A stretch of 52,275 nucleotides of DNA from Candidatus Sungbacteria bacterium RIFCSPLOWO2_01_FULL_47_32 (GTDB lineage: Bacteria > Patescibacteriota > Minisyncoccia > Sungbacterales > GWA2-42-14): assembly GCA_001820685.1 (NCBI GenBank), contig MHQP01000022.1, positions 1 through 52,275 of the forward strand. Reading direction: 5' to 3'. Each line of letters opens with the position of its first letter. The stretch's first letter is position 1. The notes under the pieces are model-generated. The model was given only the letters and a program-made list of their open reading frames with translations. It did no database searches and was not told the DNA's origin. Made by a program: the position numbers and the translations under genes. This document shows positions 40,511-48,860 of this stretch, one piece after another.

Positions 40511-42184
40511 TTAAGACCCAAGCTCGCTCGGAAGAACATCCGGCTTCAGGAGTCGACGTCTAAAGACCTCAATTATACCGAGAAGCTGGGAGTTCTTTTT
40601 CCAGTAAAGTATCGCTCCATACACAATCACTCCAGCGACTCCCGAACCCAGGGCTTGAAAGAAAACGCCGAAAAAAGTATCAAGACTTATGAAGAGGTTT
40701 AGAAAGAGTCTCGCTCCATAGGCGACAAATCCGGACAGAACGGCAACGGCAATAAGAAAGACGGTCTCTTTCAAAAACCCGTTTTTTGGAACAAATCCGA
40801 AAGTTTCTTTTCCTTCTTTCAAGAAAAACCTGAAAAGAAAAATAAAATCAATGAACTCTCCGATAGCGATGGCAAGAGCAAGGCCGAGAATCCCGACGCT
40901 TTTTACGTCGTCCACTTTAAGGATATGCGCGACAAAAGCGGGAAACGCGGCCGATGGATCGGAAAAAACGCGGGCAAGCGCAAAACTTAACACGACAATG
41001 CTTCCGGATGCCGCAAAATTTATTATAAGAGGGCGGGAGGTTTTGTTTAACGCATAGTATCCTTTGATAATGAGCGGAAGGATGCTTTCCAAAATAACCG
41101 AAAAACAAAAAATGCCGAATACGGCGGCTGTAAGGCGCGTATCGCTCCAATCAAAACGCCCCGTGCCGAGTGCCAAGCGAACAATATGCGCTCGGAGCAC
41201 ATACATGAGAACCGCTATCGGAGCAAGCCAGAAAATGACCGTTTCAAGCGTCCCAAAAAACGACTCGTAAAAATCATTCCCGTCCTTCTTCACAAACGCT
41301 CCCGAAAGGCGCGGAAATACGGCGACGGCAAAACTGACGCCGATGATGCCGATGGGAATTGATTCAAGATTCCGCGCAAATTGGAATACGGCGATACTTC
41401 CCGGAATGAGGGTGGAAGCGATGGCGTTCACGATGAGGACCGTAATCGACACCATGGAGAGGCTCAAGACACGCGGAACGGAAAGAGAAAGTATTTTCTT
41501 TATGGCAGAATGCATTCGGAGCGCCGGACGTATCCTGAAACCAAGGCTCATGAACGTCGGAATCTGCACCAAAAGATGGAGGAATGCGCCGAGGATAACG
41601 CCGTACGCAAGGCCGGGCAAGCCGAAGGCTGGCAAAAAAACGAGAATGCCGAAGATAATGCCAATGTTGTAGCAAATCGGGCTTAAAGCGAACGTCGCAA
41701 AGCGGCGGTTTGCCTGGATAACGCTTGAGATAATATTTGAGAGGCTTAAAAGAAAGGGGCTAGCCATCATGATTCGCGTCATGAGAACAGTGAGGCTCCG
41801 TTCTTCCGGACTGAACCCCGGCACGAGGAATTTGAAAATGAGCGGAGCAAAAAATATTACCAAAAGACAGAAAGCCGCGGAAACGAGAAGAAAAGCGTTG
41901 AAGAGGCTTTCAATTAAGCGCTTTGCCTCGTCAGGGTCTTTCTCCTTCACTTCAAGAAATACCGGAATAATGGCGGCAGTTGCCGCGCCCACTAAAAAGA
42001 GCGTGAAAAGAAGATCCGGTATTTGGAAAGCGGCATAGTAAATATCGAGCTCTCTCGAAGCACCGAAATGCCCCGCAAGCAACCTATCCCGAAAAAGCCC
42101 AAGAATATCGGATAAAAAACCGGCGGCCCCTATGAGAAGGGCCGCGGCGTTTATGGATGCTATCTCACGCTTAAAGAGAGTCAT
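40511..42184 (-). CDS. murJ: Lipid II flippase MurJ (MviN)
   Basis: 557 aa; 14-TM MOP-superfamily pattern; the N-terminal LLAGHFGASRELDIYYAAFQIPDLLFTLF is typical of MurJ. Confidence 0.85.
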   Translation of the reverse strand: MTLFKREIASINAAALLIGAAGFLSDILGLFRDRLLAGHFGASRELDIYYAAFQIPDLLFTLFLVGAATAAIIPVFLEVKEKDPDEAKRLIESLFNAFLLVSAAFCLLVIFFAPLIFKFLVPGFSPEERSLTVLMTRIMMASPFLLSLSNIISSVIQANRRFATFALSPICYNIGIIFGILVFLPAFGLPGLAYGVILGAFLHLLVQIPTFMSLGFRIRPALRMHSAIKKILSLSVPRVLSLSMVSITVLIVNAIASTLIPGSIAVFQFARNLESIPIGIIGVSFAVAVFPRLSGAFVKKDGNDFYESFFGTLETVIFWLAPIAVLMYVLRAHIVRLALGTGRFDWSDTRLTAAVFGIFCFSVILESILPLIIKGYYALNKTSRPLIINFAASGSIVVLSFALARVFSDPSAAFPAFVAHILKVDDVKSVGILGLALAIAIGEFIDFIFLFRFFLKEGKETFGFVPKNGFLKETVFLIAVAVLSGFVAYGARLFLNLFISLDTFFGVFFQALGSGVAGVIVYGAILYWKKNSQLLGIIEVFRRRLLKPDVLPSELGS

Positions 42185-42218
42185 AGTCGAAAGCTTAGAG
42201 CAGACTTCCTTCGGACAA

Positions 42219-44816
42219 CTATTGGACTACGTCTTGAACCGGCGGAGTTTGCCTCTTTTCCGGAGCCGGAAGAGGCGGGACGATGCTTGCCAAAGCAGGG
42301 CGATTGTTCGAAAGGTTGTCGACAATGAGCTTCACTTCCTGGTTGTCCGGGTTGAGTACCCCTATCTTCAGGAACTGGTCGAGTGCGGCGGGTTTATTGC
42401 CTTGCTGGTCGTAAATAAGGCCGAGAAAATACCGGGCGTTCGAGTAGTTCGTGTTAAATTGAACGGCCCGTTCAAACGCAAGCTGGGCTTTCTGGAGATC
42501 TTGGTCCTGATAGTAGAGAAACCCGAGCTGAAAAAGAACTCCCACATCGTCAGGTGCCACCGACTGCGTGTCTTCAAGCTTTTTAATAGCCCCTTTGAGG
42601 TCATTCTGGCGGACGCGGACCTGGGCCGAGAGAAAATGCGCAGAAGCAAAATCCGGCTTCAAGTCGGCAGACTTCGTAAGGAATGTAATGGCGTTATTCA
42701 ATGCGCTCACCCTGTCCTGCTGAAATTTTTTCTGCTCCTCCGCGTCTTTTGACTGATTTATTCTTACCTGAAGGATATCGGCGGCAAGAAGCCAACCACG
42801 CCCGGCATCAAGATAAACCTGCGGGCTGATAGGGTCGTATTTGATTGCGGTCTCGTATGTGTCGGTCAGGAATTTTTCAGAACAGCGCTGTCTTGGCGGA
42901 ATAGGAATGACAGTCTCACAAATCGCCCCGATGAGCGACCAGTTCGAAACTTCGAACGGATTAAGATCGCGGGCTTGCCGAGCAGCTTCATACGATTGAA
43001 CAAACGTGTTGTCAAAAAGCTGAAGGTTTTCCTGCGTCGGGTTCGAAAGAAGCGCGTTGATGACAGCACGAAGCTTTACAAGGTTTACCTGGCTCTGAAG
43101 CCTTAGGTATTTATCGTCGCGCGGGTCGATGGAGTAGGCATTCTTAAACTCTGCGATTGCTCCGTCAAAATCCGTTGTGGTATTTATGATGTTCATCCCG
43201 GCGGTAAAATAAGATTCAGCAAGGTATTTTTGGAAAGAGTAGTAAACTCCGGAAATACTTCCGACTATAAAAAATATTGCAACGAGAGAACCGATAAACA
43301 TCATTGAGGACGAAGAAACAGCAACGGTCCGTTTTCCGAACGAAAGTATGCCTCCTTCATCAGGCCCCGCCAAAGCCGCAAAGACACCAATGAGAAGGAA
43401 TACGAACAGGCTCGTTGTGAAGGTCGGCGGATAAAGAAACCACATGAGGACGCCGAAGACAACCGCGGCCGCAATACCAAACCGAAGAGGCTCGCCACTT
43501 TTTGACGTGAGGGTGTTTTTAAGAATGGTTCCAATCGCGACAAGAAGAGCCAAAAGGAAGACAATAATACCCAAAAGACCTGTTGTCGCAAGCATTGTCG
43601 GCGCCAAAGCAGAGCCGTGAAAGAACTTTACGGACCAGAAAATGCGATCAAAATTTAACGATTTATCCCGATAGAGGCTGTAGTCGTTAATGAATGTTCC
43701 GGGACCGGAACCAAAAAACAGATCTTGGGAAAGTACCTGGCGTCCGATATCGAATGTTGCCCTAAAACTCGGAGATACTTCCGCCGGAAACCTAAGCGAC
43801 CACCGCGTTGTCGATTCTGCTCCTCCCGTCATGCTGTCCATAAAATTCTGCTGGAACGATGAAAAATAAAGCAGAATGGAAAGCACAAGAACGATAAGCG
43901 GAAGATAGAACGAGATCCCGCCGAACCTTGCGATGCCGCCTCCGCGGCTATCCCTCCCTGAAACACGCACACTAAGACTCACGAGCACCATCATGGCAGC
44001 ACCCAATCCGATCCAAACGGCCTTAAAATTCACAATAAGGAAAAGGTTGAGGAGCATAACAGCTGTTGCGGCAAGAACAAGCCAGTAAAAAATAGAACCG
44101 AAGCGATGTTCGAGGGCTTCTTTAAAATCTTTGAAATGGGCAAGAACCCCGATACCAACCGTTGAGATAAGTCCGTAAAATACGGCAAGAGAATTGGCCG
44201 TACCAATAGGATTAAAATCAGTTGTTGAAGCGTATACGCCGGAAAACATCTTGTATCCCATCATCTGGAAAAGCGTCATTAATCCGAGGAGCAGGCTTGA
44301 ACCGAAAAGAAGCGAGGAGAGCGTAACGCTGCTCTTTCCGTCAGAAACGGCGGCAAGAAGAAAATATGCCAGAACAAAGACCAGAAATGATGAAAATTTT
44401 TCTCCTGTTGAATCCACTCCCCAGAGCCCTTGCGTAACATTTCCCGAAAGAAGCGTAGAAAGCAAAAGAACCGCAAGAAGCAAAAGAAACATCACGTTCA
44501 AAAAAGATTTTCTGTATGAAAGCGAACCATTCGCCAAAAAGTCGACGAGCCAGCCAATGAACGCTAGCCCGACGAGCATGTAGACAACCGTTTGCTTGCC
44601 GAACCAGACAGGAAGTGCCTGCGGAAGAAAAAGGAGCGGCGCCAAAAAGACGACCGCATACATCGCCAACCGGACGATCTTCTTCGCCCAATCGTATGTT
44701 ACGGCTGATTCCTCCGAATGATATTGCATTTCTTCATCCATAATATTTTTTATCCATTCCCCGCCGCTCGATTGTATGCAACCCTGAAAGAGCGCACAAA
44801 AACCGAAGACGCGCAT
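42219..44816 (-). CDS. O-antigen ligase (Wzy_C)-like polytopic membrane protein with C-terminal TPR repeats
   Basis: 865 aa; many TM helices; Wzy_C-like FFGSGPGTF and FFHGSALAPTMLATTGLLG motifs; a C-terminal roughly 350-aa TPR region. The start may be an internal Met. Confidence 0.55.
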   Translation of the reverse strand: MRVFGFCALFQGCIQSSGGEWIKNIMDEEMQYHSEESAVTYDWAKKIVRLAMYAVVFLAPLLFLPQALPVWFGKQTVVYMLVGLAFIGWLVDFLANGSLSYRKSFLNVMFLLLLAVLLLSTLLSGNVTQGLWGVDSTGEKFSSFLVFVLAYFLLAAVSDGKSSVTLSSLLFGSSLLLGLMTLFQMMGYKMFSGVYASTTDFNPIGTANSLAVFYGLISTVGIGVLAHFKDFKEALEHRFGSIFYWLVLAATAVMLLNLFLIVNFKAVWIGLGAAMMVLVSLSVRVSGRDSRGGGIARFGGISFYLPLIVLVLSILLYFSSFQQNFMDSMTGGAESTTRWSLRFPAEVSPSFRATFDIGRQVLSQDLFFGSGPGTFINDYSLYRDKSLNFDRIFWSVKFFHGSALAPTMLATTGLLGIIVFLLALLVAIGTILKNTLTSKSGEPLRFGIAAAVVFGVLMWFLYPPTFTTSLFVFLLIGVFAALAGPDEGGILSFGKRTVAVSSSSMMFIGSLVAIFFIVGSISGVYYSFQKYLAESYFTAGMNIINTTTDFDGAIAEFKNAYSIDPRDDKYLRLQSQVNLVKLRAVINALLSNPTQENLQLFDNTFVQSYEAARQARDLNPFEVSNWSLIGAICETVIPIPPRQRCSEKFLTDTYETAIKYDPISPQVYLDAGRGWLLAADILQVRINQSKDAEEQKKFQQDRVSALNNAITFLTKSADLKPDFASAHFLSAQVRVRQNDLKGAIKKLEDTQSVAPDDVGVLFQLGFLYYQDQDLQKAQLAFERAVQFNTNYSNARYFLGLIYDQQGNKPAALDQFLKIGVLNPDNQEVKLIVDNLSNNRPALASIVPPLPAPEKRQTPPVQDVVQ

Positions 44817-45018
44817 TGCGTCAAATAAAAAGTCGGCAAGAAAAGATTATTACCTATTTATTAAGGGTAAAATATACCCATTCAGTATACTATAGCGTTT
44901 TTAGGCCTACAACCACATGTTATGCACAAGAAGTATTGCCAAGAAACATCAGAAGTGCTGAAAAACTGGATCCGAAGTTCCGTAGCCTAAAACAGCGGGG
45001 CTCCCTTTTTAGACATAC

Positions 45019-45051
45019 AAAATATCCTTCCGCCTTGACGGCGGAAGGATA
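45019..45051 (-). terminator. Terminator hairpin directly 3' of the RNase P RNA (AATATCCTTCCGCC-ttgac-GGCGGAAGGATATT, a 14-bp perfect stem)
   Basis: A perfect 14-bp stem that begins right after the P1 3' strand. On the minus strand it is followed by UUGUAUGUCU. Confidence 0.55.
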
Positions 45052-45746
45052 TTGCATGCTTATAAGCCGAATTCTGTGCCGATTGTTCCGGGTTTTTAAT
45101 CCGAAACCACCGCGACGGTCATCTGTCTAGGCCCTTGATTACTCTCGGGCTCAAGCCCCCGTGTCTTGCGTTTTTGAAGCGCCGACTAGGGTTGCACCGG
45201 ATAGGTGTTTTTCTCTCCCGATGGTCGCCCATCGAAACTGTGGGCTCTTACGTTATCCAGCACCTATTTTACTGAAGAATTAGCATTTAAAAAAATTCCT
45301 TTGTTGCCACGCCAGATGCTAACAGGCAAAACTATTCTTGAGTAAAATAGGTGCTGGAGTATCCCGCGCAAAGCGGGCCCACTCTTTTCACCATAACCTC
45401 CTTCGCGTTAAAAACCATTGGAGTTCTCGTAGCGACGATTGGCTGTATTGTCTCTGTGACACCTCCGACGCACTATTGAAAATTCAATAATGAAAGTCGG
45501 AGCTCCGCTCGCGCTTTCGCGCGTCGGAATATCCCGGTCGTCCTTGCCGTACGGCAGAACTATGGTGGCCGTTAGCCACTATCTCTTTTCAGTTCCGCGA
45601 AGTGCGGAACAGGGTGTTCGGACTTTCCTCCCAGCCGTAATTTTACTGAAGAATATTTTGGAGAAAAAACTGATTTTCCGAAGAAATTCGGAGAAACTGC
45701 GGATTCCTCGGTAAAATCACAGCTGGGCGACCGTCCAGCATGCAAC
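45052..45746 (-). ncRNA. rnpB: RNase P RNA, bacterial type, unusually long at about 695 nt with large insertions
   Basis: The minus-strand RNA contains the P4 5' strand GGGAGGAAAGUCCGAAC, the P4 3' strand ACAGAAUUCGGCUUAUAAG, a CR-IV-like CCUAGACAGAUGACC, GGUGAAAAG, and GGAUAACG. A 9-bp P1 forms between 5' UUGCAUGCU (about 45738..45746) and 3' AGCAUGCAA (45052..45060). Its own TTGCTT, 16-nt spacer, TATAAT promoter lies immediately upstream, and a terminator lies downstream. No ORF exists in this region. Confidence 0.7.
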
Positions 45747-45752
45747 ATGGCT

Positions 45753-45780
45753 ATTATAGCATAATTGAATGAAAAAGCAA
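45753..45780 (-). promoter_or_regulatory. Sigma70-type promoter for rnpB (minus strand, -35 TTGCTT, 16-nt spacer, -10 TATAAT)
   Basis: The predicted TSS, about 7 nt past the -10, coincides with the first nucleotide of the proposed P1 helix. Confidence 0.55.
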
Positions 45781-45794
45781 ATGTTCGAGATTCT

Positions 45795-46247
45795 TCACAT
45801 ATTCACGTTCTGCCCATTTAAAAACTCGCTGACTATTTTATGGCCGCCCGGATTCATGACGCTCCACGACCCGCCCTTCACGTATTCAGGGATCGGAACC
45901 CAACGCCACTCGGAAAATTTCTCCTGCTCCATAAGGCGCGGCTCTTCTGTGGTTGTGCAATAAAACATCGGAACAGTGTCTCCTTCCTTTGCTCCAGGAG
46001 TCTCGCAAATAAAAGCGCGTATCGTTAAGTCTGTAATATCAATCTCTTCCTTGACCTCGCGCCTAAGCGCGGATTCAATCGTTTCGTTATCATCACATCT
46101 CCCGCCAGGCGTTGTCCAAACTGAAATTGTTTTCCATTTATCCGGTGTGTAATTTCTTAGGCCTAATAAGATCCGCCCGCCTTTAACAATAATGGCGGAC
46201 GGACAGATCGAAGAGTTCCCGATTTTTGAAAGTTGCTCTTGAGGCAT
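45795..46247 (-). CDS. NUDIX hydrolase
   Basis: The Nudix box GGRCDDNETIESALRREVKEEIDI (GX5EX7REUXEEXGU); 150 aa; TGA stop. Confidence 0.8.
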   Translation of the reverse strand: MPQEQLSKIGNSSICPSAIIVKGGRILLGLRNYTPDKWKTISVWTTPGGRCDDNETIESALRREVKEEIDITDLTIRAFICETPGAKEGDTVPMFYCTTTEEPRLMEQEKFSEWRWVPIPEYVKGGSWSVMNPGGHKIVSEFLNGQNVNM

Positions 46248-46314
46248 AATTTGACTTTAATAGTTCCTCGCTCATTCATACCGCTTTATCGCAACTGTAT
46301 CGGGTTCGGAGTGA

Positions 46315-47895
46315 TTATTTTTTTCTCCTTTCTTCCGGCGCCTCTTCTTTCATATCTTTTTTGAAAGCACGCGCAAATTCTAGCGCTTCTTCCGGCGTTT
46401 TAATTTTGCCCTCGAGCTGTGCTTCACGTATGGCGTCTTTAATACGCCCGATTGCCTTGCCCGGCTTAAGTTCAAGTTCTTCCATCAAAATTTTTCCGCT
46501 GATGAGCTCTTTCGGCTCCGGCGGACGATTACGCTCTTCCTGAAGCATCTCAAACAACCTGTTCATTTGCTCCGCTCGTATAGGGATGCTTCCCATTGAA
46601 TCGGCAAGCGAAACAAAGAGTAGCTCCTCAATCCACGGATGCTGGAGAAACGCGCGCGCTTTTGAAACCTTCATTTTCGGAAAATCGCGGGGGATTAGGT
46701 GGTTTTCAACAAGCCACATTATTTTATCACGCCGTTCAGCGGAAAAATTAAATCGCTTCGCTATATCCCGCACCATGTCGCGGGAATCAAGCTCGTGCCC
46801 GACGAATGTTGTCCGCGTATCTCCGTTCGGAAGTGTGCGTGTTTGTTGTTTGGTCCGCTTTCCAAGATCGTGGCATAATACCGCCCAAGGAACTTCTCCT
46901 CCGTATCGCTTAAAGAATCTATCGCGCACATCGCCAGGATCCATGCCCTCCGAAAGCGAAAGCATTTCCCTCATTCGAGCCATATACGGTTTGCTCCCAA
47001 AACTCCGGAGTGCTTCGAGTGTGTGGCGGAACACACTTCCCTCTTTGTGATACGGCGCGCTCCTCGGATGCATAACTTCCTGCAAAGCGGACATTTCCGG
47101 AAGAACATACTGAAGCAAGCCCAGCCTCTCCATATCAGCGACGGCAAGATAATTTTTCGGAAGTTTTAATATTGCGTCAAGCTCTTTCCGCACCTTTTCG
47201 GGCGCGATATCCATGATTTTTTCCGCGTTTCTTTTTATAACATCCTGCACTTTCCTGTCGAACGGAAGTTCGCACTGGTTTCGAAAGCGCACGTAGCGGA
47301 GCATCCGTGAATAGTCTTCGGCAAATCGCTTTTCCGGGTCGCCGACAGGACGTAGCACGCGTTCTTTAATATCTTTTAACCCTCCGACGTAATCAATGAC
47401 CTTGCCTTCTACCGGGTCAAAAAAGAGAGCATTGATGGTGAAGTCGCGCCTTTCGGCGTCTTTTTCCGGGTCGCGGATAAGAACAACCTTGTCCGGATGC
47501 GCCCCGTCGGCGTACTCTTCTTCAACACGGAATGTAGCGACATCAAGTGCGTGCCCCTGGTCCACACGGAATGCCTTCAACACGCCGAAAGATTTTCCAA
47601 CAAACTTTGTCTCGAATCCGGCCGACTCAAGGATTGCGCTTGATTCTTCAGGGGGTAACTCGGTTGCAATATCAATATCCTTCGGCTTGAACGGCTTTTT
47701 AAATTCACGGGACAAAAGCATGTCGCGTACATATCCTCCCGCAAAATATGTCTTCCCTCTTTTTTGGAGCTCGCGCACCATTAACAGGCCGTCCTTTTCG
47801 TCTTTCGTTTCTGCTTTCCACCGTAAAAGCTTCTCGGCGACAACTCCTCGCGAGGCGGGTGTTCCTTCAAATTTTTCTGATAATTTTTCGCTCAT
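46315..47895 (-). CDS. cca: CCA-adding tRNA nucleotidyltransferase / poly(A) polymerase family enzyme with an HD domain
   Basis: The nucleotidyltransferase motif GGYVRDMLL...DIDIAT and the HD motif HDLGK. I chose the ATG at 47895 (MSEKLSEKF...), which I verified by hand translation. The real start could be further in (MVRELQKRGKTYFAGGYVRD). The ORF-track start at 47958 overlaps rnhA. Confidence 0.75.
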   Translation of the reverse strand: MSEKLSEKFEGTPASRGVVAEKLLRWKAETKDEKDGLLMVRELQKRGKTYFAGGYVRDMLLSREFKKPFKPKDIDIATELPPEESSAILESAGFETKFVGKSFGVLKAFRVDQGHALDVATFRVEEEYADGAHPDKVVLIRDPEKDAERRDFTINALFFDPVEGKVIDYVGGLKDIKERVLRPVGDPEKRFAEDYSRMLRYVRFRNQCELPFDRKVQDVIKRNAEKIMDIAPEKVRKELDAILKLPKNYLAVADMERLGLLQYVLPEMSALQEVMHPRSAPYHKEGSVFRHTLEALRSFGSKPYMARMREMLSLSEGMDPGDVRDRFFKRYGGEVPWAVLCHDLGKRTKQQTRTLPNGDTRTTFVGHELDSRDMVRDIAKRFNFSAERRDKIMWLVENHLIPRDFPKMKVSKARAFLQHPWIEELLFVSLADSMGSIPIRAEQMNRLFEMLQEERNRPPEPKELISGKILMEELELKPGKAIGRIKDAIREAQLEGKIKTPEEALEFARAFKKDMKEEAPEERRKK

Positions 47896-47911
47896 TTTTG
47901 CGTATAAATTT

Positions 47912-48511
47912 TTATCGGTGAAACCCAAGGTCGGCCGGGTTCTCGCTGCCCGGCACATACTCTACTTTCCCCCCCTTCATTTTAAATTCTTTCCGAAGAG
48001 TTGCCACCTCCAGAGCAAGCTCTATCGTTTCCGGCAAAACGTTTTCCATTTTTATATATCCTTTTGACCAATAATCGATAACGAGGCGGCTGTCGCCAAA
48101 AATGCTTTTAACGTTTTTCTTTTTCGCAATTTCAAGCGCCCACTTGCATCCCAAGAGTTCGCCGTGATTATTCGTTGTTTCCGGCGAGAGAAGAAATTTT
48201 CCGTGCTTATTTATTTTTTTTTTCGGCAGTACCAGTTCAAGCATGTCCTTTCCGTTCTCATCGGTCACACTTACCTCCACCCCGTCCCCACGGCCGGTGC
48301 CTGCGTCGAAATAAATGCCTTTCTGCATTTCTTTTTTATGCCCGTAATCCGCCCCTTTCATAAGCCACGCTTCGGCATCTTCGTGCGATGAAAAACCGCG
48401 ATATCGAGCCTCGGCTATCCCATGGACTTTTTTTTTGCATTCATCCCAATTGTCGCAAATGCCGGAATCGTCGGTTTTTGGAATAAGATATGCGTAATAT
48501 TTTTTTGCCAT
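47912..48511 (-). CDS. rnhA: Ribonuclease HI with an N-terminal hybrid-binding (Cauli_VI-like) domain
   Basis: From the ATG at 48511: MAKKYYAYLIPKTDDSGICDNWDECKKKVHGIAEARYRGFSSHEDAEAWL, a dsRNA/hybrid-binding domain. Then an RNase H fold with GIYFDAGTG, E in HGELLGCKWALE, and GDSRLVI. The 43 residues before it in the ORF-track ORF have no support. Confidence 0.75.
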   Translation of the reverse strand: MAKKYYAYLIPKTDDSGICDNWDECKKKVHGIAEARYRGFSSHEDAEAWLMKGADYGHKKEMQKGIYFDAGTGRGDGVEVSVTDENGKDMLELVLPKKKINKHGKFLLSPETTNNHGELLGCKWALEIAKKKNVKSIFGDSRLVIDYWSKGYIKMENVLPETIELALEVATLRKEFKMKGGKVEYVPGSENPADLGFHR

Positions 48512-48617
48512 AAAATTTTGGGGATTATAGAAATTTCTGAATAGCTTTCCGAATTCACTATACCATGCTGAAAGAATAAAAAAAAACGGCATAACGCCGC
48601 TCAACTCTGCCATAATG

Positions 48618-48782
48618 CTATTTTTCGGTGCCGCTGCCATTGCACCGCGGACATGTTTCTGTCTTTTTTGAAAGACCCAGAGGAACTCCCAGAAGAAGGA
48701 GATCCATCAGATCATCATTTACCTCAATAGTTTTCTTGCCGTCGCAACGCTCACACTTTTTCGCTTCATTGTTCTGGTTCAA
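48618..48782 (-). CDS. Possible unannotated small zinc-ribbon protein (54 aa, TTG start, CERC...CPRC)
   Basis: A minus-strand ORF between recJ and rnhA. GAGGA lies 6 nt upstream of TTG. The sequence is (M)NQNNEAKKCERCDGKKTIEVNDDLMDLLLLGVPLGLSKKTETCPRCNGSGTEK. It is below the ORF-track length cutoff. The start codon and whether it is coding at all are uncertain. Confidence 0.3.
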   Translation of the reverse strand: MNQNNEAKKCERCDGKKTIEVNDDLMDLLLLGVPLGLSKKTETCPRCNGSGTEK

Positions 48783-48860
48783 CAGCCGTCCTCGTGTAAG
48801 AATGCTTGTATAGATAGTTTACCATAGCACATATTTATTGTCAACTTATCCGCAGATTTT

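Noticed and set aside
45260-45360. The roughly 100-nt near-perfect hairpin inside rnpB as another MITE insertion
   Set aside because: It has a 24-bp inverted repeat with one mismatch, but no flanking direct repeat and no similarity to the CCGTTAGA termini. It is more simply an expanded RNase P helix.
44816-45714. ORF-track ORFs 44816..45130(+) and 45490..45714(+)
   Set aside because: They fall inside the RNase P RNA gene and its terminator, and have no coding features.
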